Assembly (NCBI GenBank): GCA_021816725.1
Contig: JAKAXD010000005.1
Span: 4,889-68,888 of the forward strand
Direction of reading: 5' to 3'
Origin: Thermoplasmata archaeon
GTDB lineage: Archaea; Thermoplasmatota; Thermoplasmata; Thermoplasmatales; GCA-001856825
Length of the DNA stretch: 64,000 nt
Part shown: piece after piece, positions 43,568 to 54,075 of the stretch
Layout: the number at the start of each line of letters is the position of its first letter
Position numbering within the stretch: position 1 is the first letter of the stretch
The notes under the pieces: model-generated
The model's input: only the letters and a program-made list of their open reading frames with translations
What the model was told of the DNA's origin: nothing
Database searches by the model: none
Translations under genes and position numbers: made by a program

Positions 43568-43843
43568 ATGGACTACAACTGGGAACTAGGAAGATTGAAG
43601 GAAACAGGGAAGTTTGTACTCGGAGAGAAGACCACGAAGAAACTAGTGAAGAAGGGGGAAGTGAAGGCCGTGTTATTCGCAAACGAGCCTCATCTTAAAT
43701 CGGAATTTGATCAGGCAAAATCCCCTAAGTTCACGGTACCACTGAATTCGTTACAACTGGGCAATCTATTCGGGAAGCCGTACCCGGTTTCCATGATAGG
43801 CGTTATAGATTCCGGCGTTTCTCAATTCAGGGAGAATGAGTGA
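43568..43843 (+). CDS. rpl30e: 50S ribosomal protein L30e
   Basis: 91 aa, TGKFVLGEKTTKKLVKKGEVKAVLFA pattern. Conserved position after rpoA''. Confidence 0.85.
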   Translation: MDYNWELGRLKETGKFVLGEKTTKKLVKKGEVKAVLFANEPHLKSEFDQAKSPKFTVPLNSLQLGNLFGKPYPVSMIGVIDSGVSQFRENE

Positions 43844-44277
43844 AATTGGGAGAGATAACACTCGATACCAGGAGCCTTGACCTCATACAACTTTTCGAAA
43901 AATCGGTGGGACTCCCGGTAAAGGATGTGATGGAAACGGAGGACGTTGTTTTCTACGTGCTTGAAAAAGGCGGGACTTATAAACTGTTCACAAGCGACGA
44001 CAAGAAGAGGGCACTGGATAGGATAAAGGAAAGCATGAAGAAGAGGATTAACGTTCTAGATTACTCTCCAGAACCTGAACAGTTCTTCAGGAACCTTTTT
44101 TACAGGTACAAGGTTGTTTCGCTAAACATAACAGCTGGAGAAAGCGGTTATGTCGTAAATGTAAAAGTAGATCCGAACTACAAGGCATCGGCAATAGGTA
44201 AGGAGGCAAAGAACCTTAAGACTGCAATGCTCCTTGCGAAGAGGCATTTTACGATTGCAAGACTTTATATCGAGTGA
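43840..44277 (+). CDS. nusA: archaeal NusA-like transcription termination/antitermination protein (two KH domains)
   Basis: 145 aa, conserved position after L30e. The LIQLFEKSVGLPVKD... pattern is typical of archaeal NusA. Confidence 0.8.
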   Translation: MKLGEITLDTRSLDLIQLFEKSVGLPVKDVMETEDVVFYVLEKGGTYKLFTSDDKKRALDRIKESMKKRINVLDYSPEPEQFFRNLFYRYKVVSLNITAGESGYVVNVKVDPNYKASAIGKEAKNLKTAMLLAKRHFTIARLYIE

Positions 44278-44313
44278 CATAAATATAACGCTTAAATTTT
44301 CAAATCAACCTCC

Positions 44314-44331
44314 CCTCCTTGCCAAAGGAGG
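44314..44331 (+). terminator. hairpin downstream of nusA (possible transcript end or processing structure)
   Basis: CCTCCTT-GCCA-AAGGAGG: a perfect 7 bp stem with a 4 nt loop, 37 nt after the nusA stop. Archaeal terminators are usually T-tracts, so the function is uncertain. Confidence 0.3.
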
Positions 44332-44757
44332 CTTATTCCTATGACGCAACAATGCAATGAATTTTGTGTGGACGGCAGTTAGGTAGCTCCATTGCATTTT
44401 CATTGAGGATTAACAGGGGATCATAAAAACTGATCTTGGAATTTACAATCTTGCCTTGACTGAACTGCATGTCAGGGAGGGGGAGGCGTGGATGGCAGGA
44501 GACTACATTGTTTGGGATATCCTAGCTCCAAGAGCACTCTGCATCAGGGGCATAAGGATAAGAAAAAAACCCTCCTTCCATTCCAACAGGCATAAAGGAG
44601 ATCATTTTCCAACTATCAATTCTCCTTCAGGAATAACTACTTATACACTTTAGCGACAAAACAGCCTTTATCGCACCTGAGGCTGCGTGAATACTGCGTA
44701 TATCCTCAAAGGAGTGAATAGGAGTCCATTTGGGAAATGTGGATGCGATTTAGTCCA

Positions 44758-44970
44758 TTACATAATTATTTCCACGGTTTTCTTCGGCCTCGTGGCCCCT
44801 GCCACTATCCTTATGTTTGATACGGGAACTGAATAAAACTTTGCAAGCTGCCTAATGACGTCTATATTCGCCCTGTTATTCTTACGTTTCTCGTTGGTGA
44901 ACACGACTACTTTTCCTCCTGCCTCCTCCACGGGCCTGTCTCCGTTACGTACAATGACATCGATCTTCAT
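44758..44970 (-). CDS. DUF167 (YggU-like) family protein
   Basis: 70 aa. ...NNRANIDVIRQLAKFYSVPVSNIRIVAGATRPKKTVEI resembles the (G)KAN...L...V.I.G..SR.K motif of DUF167. Confidence 0.55.
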   Translation of the reverse strand: MKIDVIVRNGDRPVEEAGGKVVVFTNEKRKNNRANIDVIRQLAKFYSVPVSNIRIVAGATRPKKTVEIIM

Positions 44971-45215
44971 GCTCGAAATTCACCTCTTCATATGTTTGGG
45001 CCTGTTAAGGGGTACTCATTTCATCACAGTTCATGAATACTTCTGTTTTATATTTTGAATCTTGAGGCATTATAGCCGATGTAAATCAAACCTGTGCAAT
45101 TTAAATTATCTAATCCCTTTTCAAAGTAGCTATAACAACGATGAATTAGGTGTTGTAGGAAAGAACATAAAAATCTGAACATTTAATATACCCTTAATCA
45201 ACGATCTTCATTCCA

Positions 45216-46382
45216 CTATTTTCCAATAAGGTAAAAATCAGAACTATCCACTATCTTGACCTTCCTGACTTCTCCAAGCTTTCCCGTCTTTAATATCACT
45301 GGGTGGTAGTTTTTGTCCCTGCCAATGAATGTTCCATTCTTCCCGACCTCCATCGCCCTCACTTCCATTTCCTTTCCCACAAATCTTTCAAGTGACCTTT
45401 CTGAAATATCCCTGTGGATGTCTGTGAGGATCCTGCTCCACTGCGCAGTCTGGTTCGTTGGAGGCACCTTCCAGCTGTATGCAGCTGTTCCCGGACGCGG
45501 AGAATACCTTGTTATGTTAAGTATCTCCGGCTTTACCTTTCTTATTACATCTGCAGTTGCCCTGAGACCTGCAACAGATTCATACGGAAAGCCAACGATC
45601 ACGTCCGTGCTCATGATTCCTTCAGGGTATGTGTAACGGAATTTTTCAGCTACCTCGAGGAACTTTTCTATTTTGTACTGTCTTCCCATCTTCCTGAGTA
45701 CCAGGGGATCACCGCTCTGAAAAGGGATGTGGAGGAACTTGTAGACCCTGTCAGATTCCATTACTTCTAGAAGGTCATCGATGACCGAACTTGCGTTCTC
45801 AGGTTCCATCATTCCGATCCTGATACTGAAATCACCTTCTAACTGCGCGATCTTCTCGACAAGCTGGGGCAATGTCGTCGATATGTCATTTCCGTAGGAC
45901 CCAGTATCTAGTGCTGTCAATCGTATCTCCTTTGCCCCCTTGCTGACCATCTCCCTGACGTTATCAAGAATCTCATTCGGGCTGAAGCTCTTGAGCCTGC
46001 CACGTGCTATCCTGGAAATACAAAATGTGCATCCTCCGTCGCATCCTTCAGCAATCGGTATACCTACGCTCAGGTTTCCATCCTTGAGAATGGGCAGCCG
46101 TCCGCGAGAATAAGAAAAGTCGATCCGCCTAACGTCGTTAGAAGGGATGCTTGTCAAACATCCGGAGACTACCACTTCCTTCCCTTCTTTCTTTATCTCC
46201 TCCATCCTCCTCAGCATCCTGTCTTCCGTGTGTTTTATGACAACACAGGTAGAAAGAAGCACAGAGTCAGCTGACTTAATATCGTCAACCAGCTGGTTTC
46301 CTTGAGAGATTAGGGAATTTGCTATCATCTCTCCCTGGGCTTGGTTCAAAGTGCACCCATAATTCTCTAGGTAGAATCTCAT
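45216..46382 (-). CDS. MiaB-like radical SAM tRNA methylthiotransferase (archaeal MtaB/CDKAL1 type)
   Basis: N-terminal UPF0004 domain (MRFYLENYGCTLNQ), radical SAM CDGGCTFCISR, and a C-terminal TRAM-like region. Start trimmed from 46436 to ATG 46382. Confidence 0.85.
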   Translation of the reverse strand: MRFYLENYGCTLNQAQGEMIANSLISQGNQLVDDIKSADSVLLSTCVVIKHTEDRMLRRMEEIKKEGKEVVVSGCLTSIPSNDVRRIDFSYSRGRLPILKDGNLSVGIPIAEGCDGGCTFCISRIARGRLKSFSPNEILDNVREMVSKGAKEIRLTALDTGSYGNDISTTLPQLVEKIAQLEGDFSIRIGMMEPENASSVIDDLLEVMESDRVYKFLHIPFQSGDPLVLRKMGRQYKIEKFLEVAEKFRYTYPEGIMSTDVIVGFPYESVAGLRATADVIRKVKPEILNITRYSPRPGTAAYSWKVPPTNQTAQWSRILTDIHRDISERSLERFVGKEMEVRAMEVGKNGTFIGRDKNYHPVILKTGKLGEVRKVKIVDSSDFYLIGK

Positions 46383-46540
46383 TTCCGATCCTTTATTAAG
46401 AGTGTAATGACATTTCATAGAAAATTCTAACGCCAAGTTAAGAGCTAATAATTGCTAAACAGCTCAAGCTATCATTTTACCTACTTTCATAGAGTTTCTT
46501 TGCTAGAGAAAGCATATAAATCAAGATAAAGTAAAGCATT

Positions 46541-48100
46541 ATGAGAACTAGACCGAATGCCTTCTCCAAGAATGGCGTAGTTTCATCATCAAGCTTACAA
46601 TCATCGACGGTGGGCGCGAGAGTTTTGGAATCTGGAGGAAACATCGTTGATGCGGCCATAGCGACTAGTGCAACTCTGTGCGTGACCCAGAATAATTTAT
46701 GCAGTTTAGGCGGAGACACTTTCATGCTGTTAAAGATTGATGGCAAACCTGTAGTGAATTTAAATGGCAGTGGTAGAGCATTTGAGAGCATGACAATAGA
46801 ACACTTCCTCGAAAAAGGCATAAAGAAACTGCCTTCAAGAGGCAAGGACTCTGTGATAACGGTTCCCGGACTAGTAAGGGCATGGGAGGACATACATAAA
46901 AAATATGGGACTATGGAAATTAGCGATCTGATGAATTATGCCTATAAGTACGCAAGCGAGGGCTTTCCAATTACACAAAACTATTCGAATTCAATTGAAA
47001 GCAGTGCCAAATACCTAAGCGGCTATGAAAATTGGAGATCAATATTTCTGAGAGGGAATGCCGTACCAGAGCCAGGTACTGTATTCAAACAAAAAGACCT
47101 TGCAGAAACATTTGCTGATCTTAAGTCAGATGGTCTTTCCTCATTCTATGACGGGCACCTAGCAGATAAGATAGTAAATGGACTGAATGACCTAGGAGTA
47201 GAGATATCACCTGACGACCTTAGGAAACATAAATCTACATTTCAGCCTCCTCTGAAGACAGAATACCGGGGATATACTGTTTATGAAACCGCTCCAAATA
47301 GCCAGGCTGCAACAGTGATCCTGTGGCTAAACATGCTGGATTTAAAAGAATCAAATCCAGACTTACGTGACATCCTGGAAACTGGGCATATGTCATACCT
47401 TCAACGGGACAAATTTATAGCAGATCCGGATTTCTATCCTCTTCCTGAAAATTTTCTGACAAAGCAATTCGCGAGTGAACTCTATAAAAACAATAAATTC
47501 CCGAGTTCTGCAGAACGAGGTTTTGGTGACAGAGGAGATACGACATTCTTTTCAATAACCGATACAGACGGTAATAGCATTTCTGTGGTACAGAGCAATT
47601 ATCTAGGATTTGGTTCAGGGATAGTGCCGAGTGGCACTGGGTTTGTTCTTCAGAATAGGGGTAGTTATTTCAGTCTTGATCCACACCATCACAATGCTCT
47701 CAAGCCTGGTAAGAGAACATTTCACACCTTGTGCGCTGCCATTATTGAAGACGATTCAGGGTACATTGCATCCATTGGTTCCATGGGAGGAGACATACAA
47801 CCGCAACTTCACATACAACTGATGATGGGCTTGATGAATAACAGAAAAGATCCTCAGTCTGTTATCGATGCTCCGAGGTGGGCCTTCCCCTATACTATCT
47901 ACGAAATACCTAACACCCTTATGGTCGAATCGGAAGATTTTGTGGAGGAGATAAAAAAGATCTACTCAGCAAGAGAAGTAAAGAACGTCGGAATTTCTCC
48001 GCATCTCGGTCAGGCTCAGATATCTGTCTGTCTTCCTGATGGAGTGGCAATTGGTGGTTCTGATTCCAGAGGAGACGGCATCTCAATACCTATCGACTAA
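46541..48100 (+). CDS. ggt: gamma-glutamyltranspeptidase-family protein (no signal peptide)
   Basis: 519 aa. Autoprocessing/nucleophile region GDTTFFSITDTDGN and GGxxQPQ (MGGDIQPQ). Confidence 0.85.
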   Translation: MRTRPNAFSKNGVVSSSSLQSSTVGARVLESGGNIVDAAIATSATLCVTQNNLCSLGGDTFMLLKIDGKPVVNLNGSGRAFESMTIEHFLEKGIKKLPSRGKDSVITVPGLVRAWEDIHKKYGTMEISDLMNYAYKYASEGFPITQNYSNSIESSAKYLSGYENWRSIFLRGNAVPEPGTVFKQKDLAETFADLKSDGLSSFYDGHLADKIVNGLNDLGVEISPDDLRKHKSTFQPPLKTEYRGYTVYETAPNSQAATVILWLNMLDLKESNPDLRDILETGHMSYLQRDKFIADPDFYPLPENFLTKQFASELYKNNKFPSSAERGFGDRGDTTFFSITDTDGNSISVVQSNYLGFGSGIVPSGTGFVLQNRGSYFSLDPHHHNALKPGKRTFHTLCAAIIEDDSGYIASIGSMGGDIQPQLHIQLMMGLMNNRKDPQSVIDAPRWAFPYTIYEIPNTLMVESEDFVEEIKKIYSAREVKNVGISPHLGQAQISVCLPDGVAIGGSDSRGDGISIPID

Positions 48101-48415
48101 ACAAATCGGTATATTGGAAAGATTGAGTCCTAGCTCCATATTTCATTACAGTTGAATGCAGACACATCCAGCTAGCATGACTGCATTTGTGGGAAATGAT
48201 ACTGTGAGACATAGTCTGAAGCTATTAGATTCCAATTATTATCCTTCAAATATGTGCCTGCCAATCTGTTTTCGGTTAGTTTCTTATACTGACCTTTATG
48301 CAGTGCCATTATGTCAATAAATGACCGTGCTTCTTAGACTATGGTATTTTAACTCTTGAAATAATCGTGTTGACGAATTTAACTATCTAACAGTATATCA
48401 AGGTAAGAAATATCA

Positions 48416-49537
48416 CTAGAACAAAGACTTTGAGTATTCCGCTATTAGTTTCGCCGGGCTTATAACATTCCCTACAAGAGGAACAATCCGTTCATAGTTA
48501 TTTGGTAGATTTGCTATTGCAATTATCTTAGCTCTCATTTCTTCACCCGGATATTTCGTTGAAATGTAGAGTGCATTCATTATGTTCCTTCCATCGTCAT
48601 CGCTACCCAGCACTATCTTCTTTGACTTTGTTAGGTCCAGGTTGGAAAGGGTTCTTTCCATGCTTCCGTCTGATTCAACGAATACCTTCTTGTCATTGAT
48701 AAGAGATTCCTTGGACTTGTCGTCCAGTGCTACTATGATTAGCTCATCTTTCTGAACTAGGGCTGTCAACAAAGGTTCAAAAAGTGGCGAGAAATCGACG
48801 AAAAGAACGTAACCATTCATTAGTTTCCCTTCCATTCTCTGTATCACTCGAACCACCCTTCTTCCTCTTTCGTATATTAAAGGTCCCACTATAACAGTTA
48901 CTGCTCCAAAGAACGAACCGATGCCAAGCATTGACATGACTATGCTGAAAATCTGTGACGTCCTGGTTGTAGGCAGTATGTCCCCAAAACCAAGTGTCGT
49001 AACCACTTCTCCTGTGTAATAGAGGGCTCTTGGAATGTTGGTAATCTTAGGGGTGAACTGATTACCGAGGATAAGGGTGCCAACAACTCCAATCACAAGT
49101 ACCATCGCGATTATCACTATAGAAATAGAGATTTCAGGTCTAGCAAACATCCTTGTTGGGAAGTTGTAATATTTGTAGTCCTTCAAAATAAGGATAGTGG
49201 ATACAATTGCCACTACAAATAGAGGGGCAGTGAAGGCCGAAAAGTAACCGTTCATTCTCAAAAAAGGCGATATAGTTGCCAAAGTGGTCAAGATAGATAG
49301 GTAGAATGCGTACCGAACTCGTAATGTAAGACCCCTCAGAGCTACGATTGAGAATATAAATGTAACAAGTAAAGGGTCTGCTAGACCAGAAAGGGATACT
49401 GGGAGAATGTGACGGTAACTTAAGTTAGCCAGATAAAGCACCGTTATAAGCAGTAAAATCACGAAGATGAGATAGAATAGAGTTGAAATTTTTATAATCC
49501 TTGAGGTTAGCCCCACATTACGGAATGGATTTTGCAC
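48416..49537 (-). CDS. potassium channel protein with C-terminal cytoplasmic regulatory domain
   Basis: Multiple TM helices, a pore helix plus selectivity filter TTLGFGD, and a C-terminal soluble domain of about 150 aa. Confidence 0.75.
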   Translation of the reverse strand: MQNPFRNVGLTSRIIKISTLFYLIFVILLLITVLYLANLSYRHILPVSLSGLADPLLVTFIFSIVALRGLTLRVRYAFYLSILTTLATISPFLRMNGYFSAFTAPLFVVAIVSTILILKDYKYYNFPTRMFARPEISISIVIIAMVLVIGVVGTLILGNQFTPKITNIPRALYYTGEVVTTLGFGDILPTTRTSQIFSIVMSMLGIGSFFGAVTVIVGPLIYERGRRVVRVIQRMEGKLMNGYVLFVDFSPLFEPLLTALVQKDELIIVALDDKSKESLINDKKVFVESDGSMERTLSNLDLTKSKKIVLGSDDDGRNIMNALYISTKYPGEEMRAKIIAIANLPNNYERIVPLVGNVISPAKLIAEYSKSLF

Positions 49538-49708
49538 TTAATTTGCTTTTCCGTCAAATTGTCCAAATGAACTCCAGCAAGAAGAATTGCTAAACCACAT
49601 TAGAAATACGGTCTCTATTCCAATCAAGTGGAATCTGGACCCAAAAGGCTGCTGTAATGAAGAGATAGTAGTTTTGTAGAAGTAAATATTACCGATTAGG
49701 GTGATTTA

Positions 49709-51034
49709 TTGAATCTTGATGAACAGATATTTCAATACTGCTCTGGAATAGACGATCTTTTAAAGGATAGTGCGACTAAGGAGGAACTAAAGAAGAGAAT
49801 TGTTGATTCACTGTTCGTCTCTTATGGGGCAAGAAATTCAGATGCGGTTACGAAATCAAAAAGTGGTCTCCTCCCATCTTCAGGAAGGAAAAATGCACCC
49901 ATTTACTACGATAAACGGACGGCGTCGGTAGATGTGGCAACATATCTGAACGGATGCATGACGCGATACCTTGACTACAATGATACATATCTTTCAAAAG
50001 AAGCACTTCATCCATCTGACAACGTACCACCAATCCTCAGTTATGCGTATACCCTTGACGCAGGTGGGCTAGAGGTCATCAGGGCCCTGGCAGCATCATA
50101 CCAGGTGGTGGGCGCATTCGCGGATGCCTTCTCTATAAGGGACAGGGGATGGGATCACGTTACCTACATCTCTATCTCATCCGCAGCAGGTCTTGGGGTA
50201 TTGAACAATTTTGAAAAGTCAAGATTCATCAACAACCTGAATCTGGCAATCAACAACAACATATCCCTAAGGCAGACAAGGGCTGGAGAACTCAGCATGT
50301 GGAAGGGATGTACAGCAGCAAATGCAGCAAGGAATTCAGTCTTTGCTACATTGCTCGCAAGTGAAGGTTTCACAGGTCCGTCCCCGATTTTTGAGGGGGA
50401 GATGGGTTTTTTCAAGCAGATAACAGGGAATATTGAAGTTGATCTAGAAAGGAACAGAGTTGTGAGAACGATGATAAAGAATTTTCCAGTTGAATATCAT
50501 GCGATGAGTGCAATAGAGGCAGCTTTATCGATTAAAGATCAAATGAATGGTGAAAAGATAAGAAGCGTGAATGTTGACACTTTTTCAGTTGCACACAAGA
50601 TAATAGTAAAGGATCCTGAGAAACTCAGACCTAAGACGAAGGAAACAGCAGATCACAGCCTCCCATATATGATCGCTTATACCCTCTTGTACGGAGCACC
50701 AGATACATCATCATTTGAGCCAAGATACCTGAATGACAAAGCGATCTTGAGTGTGATAGACGCAACCAGATTTGAGGTCACAAAAGAGTTTGACTCAATG
50801 TATCCGGAATTCCTTCCTGTGCGGATTACCGTCAAAACAGAATCGTCGGAATACGAAAAGGAAGTGACCGTGCCAAAAGGTCATTTCCGGAACCCTTATG
50901 ATTGGAAAGACCTAGAAAACAAGGGTAGAAGATTGATAGGCGATCAGGAGAAGGTGAGGGAGATCATAGAGATTGGCAAGAAATTTGAAAGTACCTCAGT
51001 TCGGAGATTATTTGAGGTGGTTAATTTTTCATAA
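49709..51034 (+). CDS. MmgE/PrpD-family protein (2-methylcitrate dehydratase-like)
   Basis: 441 aa. Patterns such as HPSDN, DHVTYISISSAAG and ADHSLPY are typical of the PrpD fold. TTG start. Confidence 0.8.
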   Translation: MNLDEQIFQYCSGIDDLLKDSATKEELKKRIVDSLFVSYGARNSDAVTKSKSGLLPSSGRKNAPIYYDKRTASVDVATYLNGCMTRYLDYNDTYLSKEALHPSDNVPPILSYAYTLDAGGLEVIRALAASYQVVGAFADAFSIRDRGWDHVTYISISSAAGLGVLNNFEKSRFINNLNLAINNNISLRQTRAGELSMWKGCTAANAARNSVFATLLASEGFTGPSPIFEGEMGFFKQITGNIEVDLERNRVVRTMIKNFPVEYHAMSAIEAALSIKDQMNGEKIRSVNVDTFSVAHKIIVKDPEKLRPKTKETADHSLPYMIAYTLLYGAPDTSSFEPRYLNDKAILSVIDATRFEVTKEFDSMYPEFLPVRITVKTESSEYEKEVTVPKGHFRNPYDWKDLENKGRRLIGDQEKVREIIEIGKKFESTSVRRLFEVVNFS

Positions 51035-51082
51035 ACCACAAAGAATAATCATTCAATTTCCTCAAAAGTGCCGATATCATAA

Positions 51083-51820
51083 TTGTCCTATACCATTCTC
51101 AAGCAATCTCATTTTGGATTATCTAAATTCTTAACTAATGCAACTGCATCCAGGAAGGTGAAGAAGCCGGTAGAGCACGGAAATGTTCTGACTTCCGTGA
51201 TACTGGGCCTTTTCTCAATAATTATTGCAATAATTACACGGAGGGATTTCTACGTCGCATTGTTCTGGGTTCCTATATGGATGGGCCTATTCCTATATGA
51301 TGTTCCGTTCAAGAGAGTCTGGAAATCTAGAATTGACGTAATTTGGATGATTTTGATATTTTTGATTTCTGTCTATTCGATATACGTCAATCTGCTGTTG
51401 ATAATACCCTACTTAATATTTTTGAGCGATTATGCTCTAAGACTCTATCTCGCTTTTAGAAGGTTGAATTATGTGGGAACAATTCTTGGAATGCTTGCTT
51501 TTGTTTTCCTATTCGTTGAAACAGTCAACATCTCCGGATTCAAGGAAATCTATTTACTGACGTCTCTCTTTATATATATGGTTGGGGCAGAATTCACGGT
51601 GAATGCATTTATATCTAAAAGGAAATCTCTTCTACTTTATAATGTAATACCAGTATTCCTTTCTGTATTGAATCCTGTTTTTTTGATTTTTGCGCTATCC
51701 CTCATAAGGATACCGGTGGCAATTAAGGCCAGAGGACTGAAAATAATTGGTATCACGGAAACATCTCTCTTGCTGGCGGTGACAGTGGTCATCTCGTTGT
51801 TTTATCTGCTAAGAATTTGA
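51083..51820 (+). CDS. polytopic membrane protein, unknown function
   Basis: 245 aa, about 7 hydrophobic segments, AT-rich. No motif recognised. Confidence 0.45.
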   Translation: MSYTILKQSHFGLSKFLTNATASRKVKKPVEHGNVLTSVILGLFSIIIAIITRRDFYVALFWVPIWMGLFLYDVPFKRVWKSRIDVIWMILIFLISVYSIYVNLLLIIPYLIFLSDYALRLYLAFRRLNYVGTILGMLAFVFLFVETVNISGFKEIYLLTSLFIYMVGAEFTVNAFISKRKSLLLYNVIPVFLSVLNPVFLIFALSLIRIPVAIKARGLKIIGITETSLLLAVTVVISLFYLLRI

Positions 51821-52044
51821 ACTATCTGCAAAAGCCATACATTCTGACGTGAAAAATTGTTTCTCACTGCAAAGGTTAGTAAAGTTGGTGAGAGGAAAAA
51901 TTGAAGGTATGGCACGAGAAATGCCTCTTGCTAATTCCGGGGTACTTTTATGGTAACTCGATGGATAATAAATCAATAACGGCGAATATTATTCCAGGTA
52001 TCAATCGATATAGATCAAAAGAAATGAATGAATATAAATAAATC

Positions 52045-53331
52045 TTAGGCAAAGAGTGGCGCTTTTGATTCCTTTGCTGGTTTTGGTAGGGCAAAAGCTA
52101 TCAGTACTGATAACAAGCCTAGAACTAACATAGTCTCGAAGGCTACCGGGAGGTGCGAATATCTCCCAGTTATGTAAACCCCAATTACCAGAGGTCCTAT
52201 GGCTTGCCCGGCTGTTCCTCCTAAGTTCCATACCAATCCATTACTCAATGTGGTCGAACCTCTAGGAACATAGTCAGATATCATTGACATGAATATTGGG
52301 AACCCGCTGAAATTAAAGAACCCAAACAGAACAAGAGTTAAGATTGAAATGGGACCTGTTGTCATTAAGTAAAGAAACATGAACAGTACCGAGAATACAG
52401 TAGTAACAACCAATATCATTCGTTTATCATATCTTTCTACAAGTATACCTATAAGTAGCTGCCCCAAGATCCCACCCGAGAACATCAGTGTCATCATAGT
52501 GCTAAGTCCCAGTGAAGTCCCGAGCCCCCTCACAAAAGTGAAGTACTCAGGAATCCACGATACTATACTGAAGAACGCTAAGTTCCTGACTAACGACATG
52601 ATTGTTAGAAGTATTATTCCCAATGGAATTGTGGTTTTCAGCGTTGAGGTATTACTAACTCCATTTGAAGATGATTGGCTCCTCGCGGACAAGGTATTTC
52701 TTGCATTCCTTTCTCTGCTAACATACTCCCTCATGAACATATAAATTACAATAGCCAAAATTATTCCGACTACCCCGAAAAAGAATGCACTTGATGTATT
52801 GGACAATAGCAAAATGCTTACAAGAACTAGGAGAGAGGGATATAGTGCCCTACCGAGGCTTCCTGCAGACCCGTTTATGCCCAGATACCTGCCAAGTCTA
52901 CTCCCCTTGTAGTAAGACTGAAGAATTGCAGTACCTGTTGGGTGATAGAACGACGCTCCAAATCCAGAAACAATAGAAGAAATTACTACGAAAAATGATA
53001 CGAACACATTTCCTAGCGCTAGTGAAAAGAGAAGTAGTCCAGAAGAGAGGATCAATATACCGACAATCATCCCCCAAGACTGCAAATGTCTTCGATCTAT
53101 TGTTCTACCAAATAAATTGGCACTAATTGCAGTGGAAACGTAGAAGGCTACCAAAGATGCCGTTATAAGAGCAGGGTCAATACCATGGGCTGCTGCGATC
53201 AAATCTATTATCACAGGAACCAGAAAAACCATACCGTCATTAAGAAAATGACCGATAGAGGTTGCTATAAGCGGATAGCTCCTGTGTGAAGTCATGTCAG
53301 AAACTGTAAAATCTGGGTTATTCGTTGTCAT
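52045..53331 (-). CDS. MFS transporter
   Basis: 428 aa, about 12 TM segments with a central hydrophilic loop (RERNARNTLSARSQSS). GRTIDRR-like motif after TM2. Confidence 0.75.
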   Translation of the reverse strand: MTTNNPDFTVSDMTSHRSYPLIATSIGHFLNDGMVFLVPVIIDLIAAAHGIDPALITASLVAFYVSTAISANLFGRTIDRRHLQSWGMIVGILILSSGLLLFSLALGNVFVSFFVVISSIVSGFGASFYHPTGTAILQSYYKGSRLGRYLGINGSAGSLGRALYPSLLVLVSILLLSNTSSAFFFGVVGIILAIVIYMFMREYVSRERNARNTLSARSQSSSNGVSNTSTLKTTIPLGIILLTIMSLVRNLAFFSIVSWIPEYFTFVRGLGTSLGLSTMMTLMFSGGILGQLLIGILVERYDKRMILVVTTVFSVLFMFLYLMTTGPISILTLVLFGFFNFSGFPIFMSMISDYVPRGSTTLSNGLVWNLGGTAGQAIGPLVIGVYITGRYSHLPVAFETMLVLGLLSVLIAFALPKPAKESKAPLFA

Positions 53332-54032
53332 TACAGATACCTCCCCATTTCATTTTCCTGTGATGAGAGTGACGAGCCGGCAAGGTCATTCTTCATGTCA
53401 AGCTTATCGTCCTGCGCTTGATCCTGTTTTCTGAAGACCAGGCAATAGTGGTATCTGTCCGGAATGAAGTAACTAACCTCAGTAAATCCGAACCCAATGA
53501 AGAGTCCCCTAATTTCGTTATCACTCACCCTCAATGCGTATGGAGGTCCGAATGGTGTTTCTATTCTCATCCAGTCTATGTCTACAACAACTCCGGAAGG
53601 TTTCAGCAACCTCTTGATTTCGTCCACAAGCTCTTCCTTATGTACAACATTGTGGAACATGTTCGCGAGAAAGACTATGTCTATAGATCCACCTGGGATA
53701 TCCGTTTTGGTGGCATCGGCCTGAACAGTCTTTATCAGTCCTTCCCGCATGTTCAGGTCTTTTACCTTTTCCTGCAGAGCAGATAGGGCATTGGCGCTTT
53801 GGTCTACTGCATAAACCATACCTGATTCACGAACCAGTGTAGCCAACGGAATGCTGTAATAACCTTCTCCGCAACCGAGATCAGCCACGATGAGCCCCTG
53901 ATGCACCCCGATTCTTTTCAGGAAGGGAAGAGGGTCTTCCCTATGTCTTCTGCCGAAATGATCTGAATGAACTCTTCTTTCACCTGACGGTCTTATAACA
54001 TGGTCGTTTAAATTTGGATTGTTTTGTTTCAT
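53331..54032 (-). CDS. class I SAM-dependent methyltransferase
   Basis: Motif I VADLGCGEGYYS and motif post-I YAVDQS. 233 aa. Its end shares one base with the MFS start. Confidence 0.75.
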   Translation of the reverse strand: MKQNNPNLNDHVIRPSGERRVHSDHFGRRHREDPLPFLKRIGVHQGLIVADLGCGEGYYSIPLATLVRESGMVYAVDQSANALSALQEKVKDLNMREGLIKTVQADATKTDIPGGSIDIVFLANMFHNVVHKEELVDEIKRLLKPSGVVVDIDWMRIETPFGPPYALRVSDNEIRGLFIGFGFTEVSYFIPDRYHYCLVFRKQDQAQDDKLDMKNDLAGSSLSSQENEMGRYL

Positions 54033-54075
54033 TTGTATAGGTAAGTAATTAATCTATAAATATTTAATCTGTGAT

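Noticed and set aside
44571-44590. CCTCCTTCCATTCCAACAGG, resembling the 5S rRNA loop C region (CCCAUUCCGAAC)
   Set aside because: The surrounding sequence cannot form 5S helices I-V, and the match is short and imperfect.
44456-44653. 65 aa ORF in the nusA-downstream spacer
   Set aside because: It has no start context, an odd composition (G-run derived GEAWMAG, Arg-rich) and no motif. It overlaps the self-complementary elements, so it is more likely non-coding.
46477-46893. 138 aa minus-strand ORF overlapping the ggt start
   Set aside because: It is antisense to the well-supported GGT N-terminus, and the intergenic part is the divergent promoter region.
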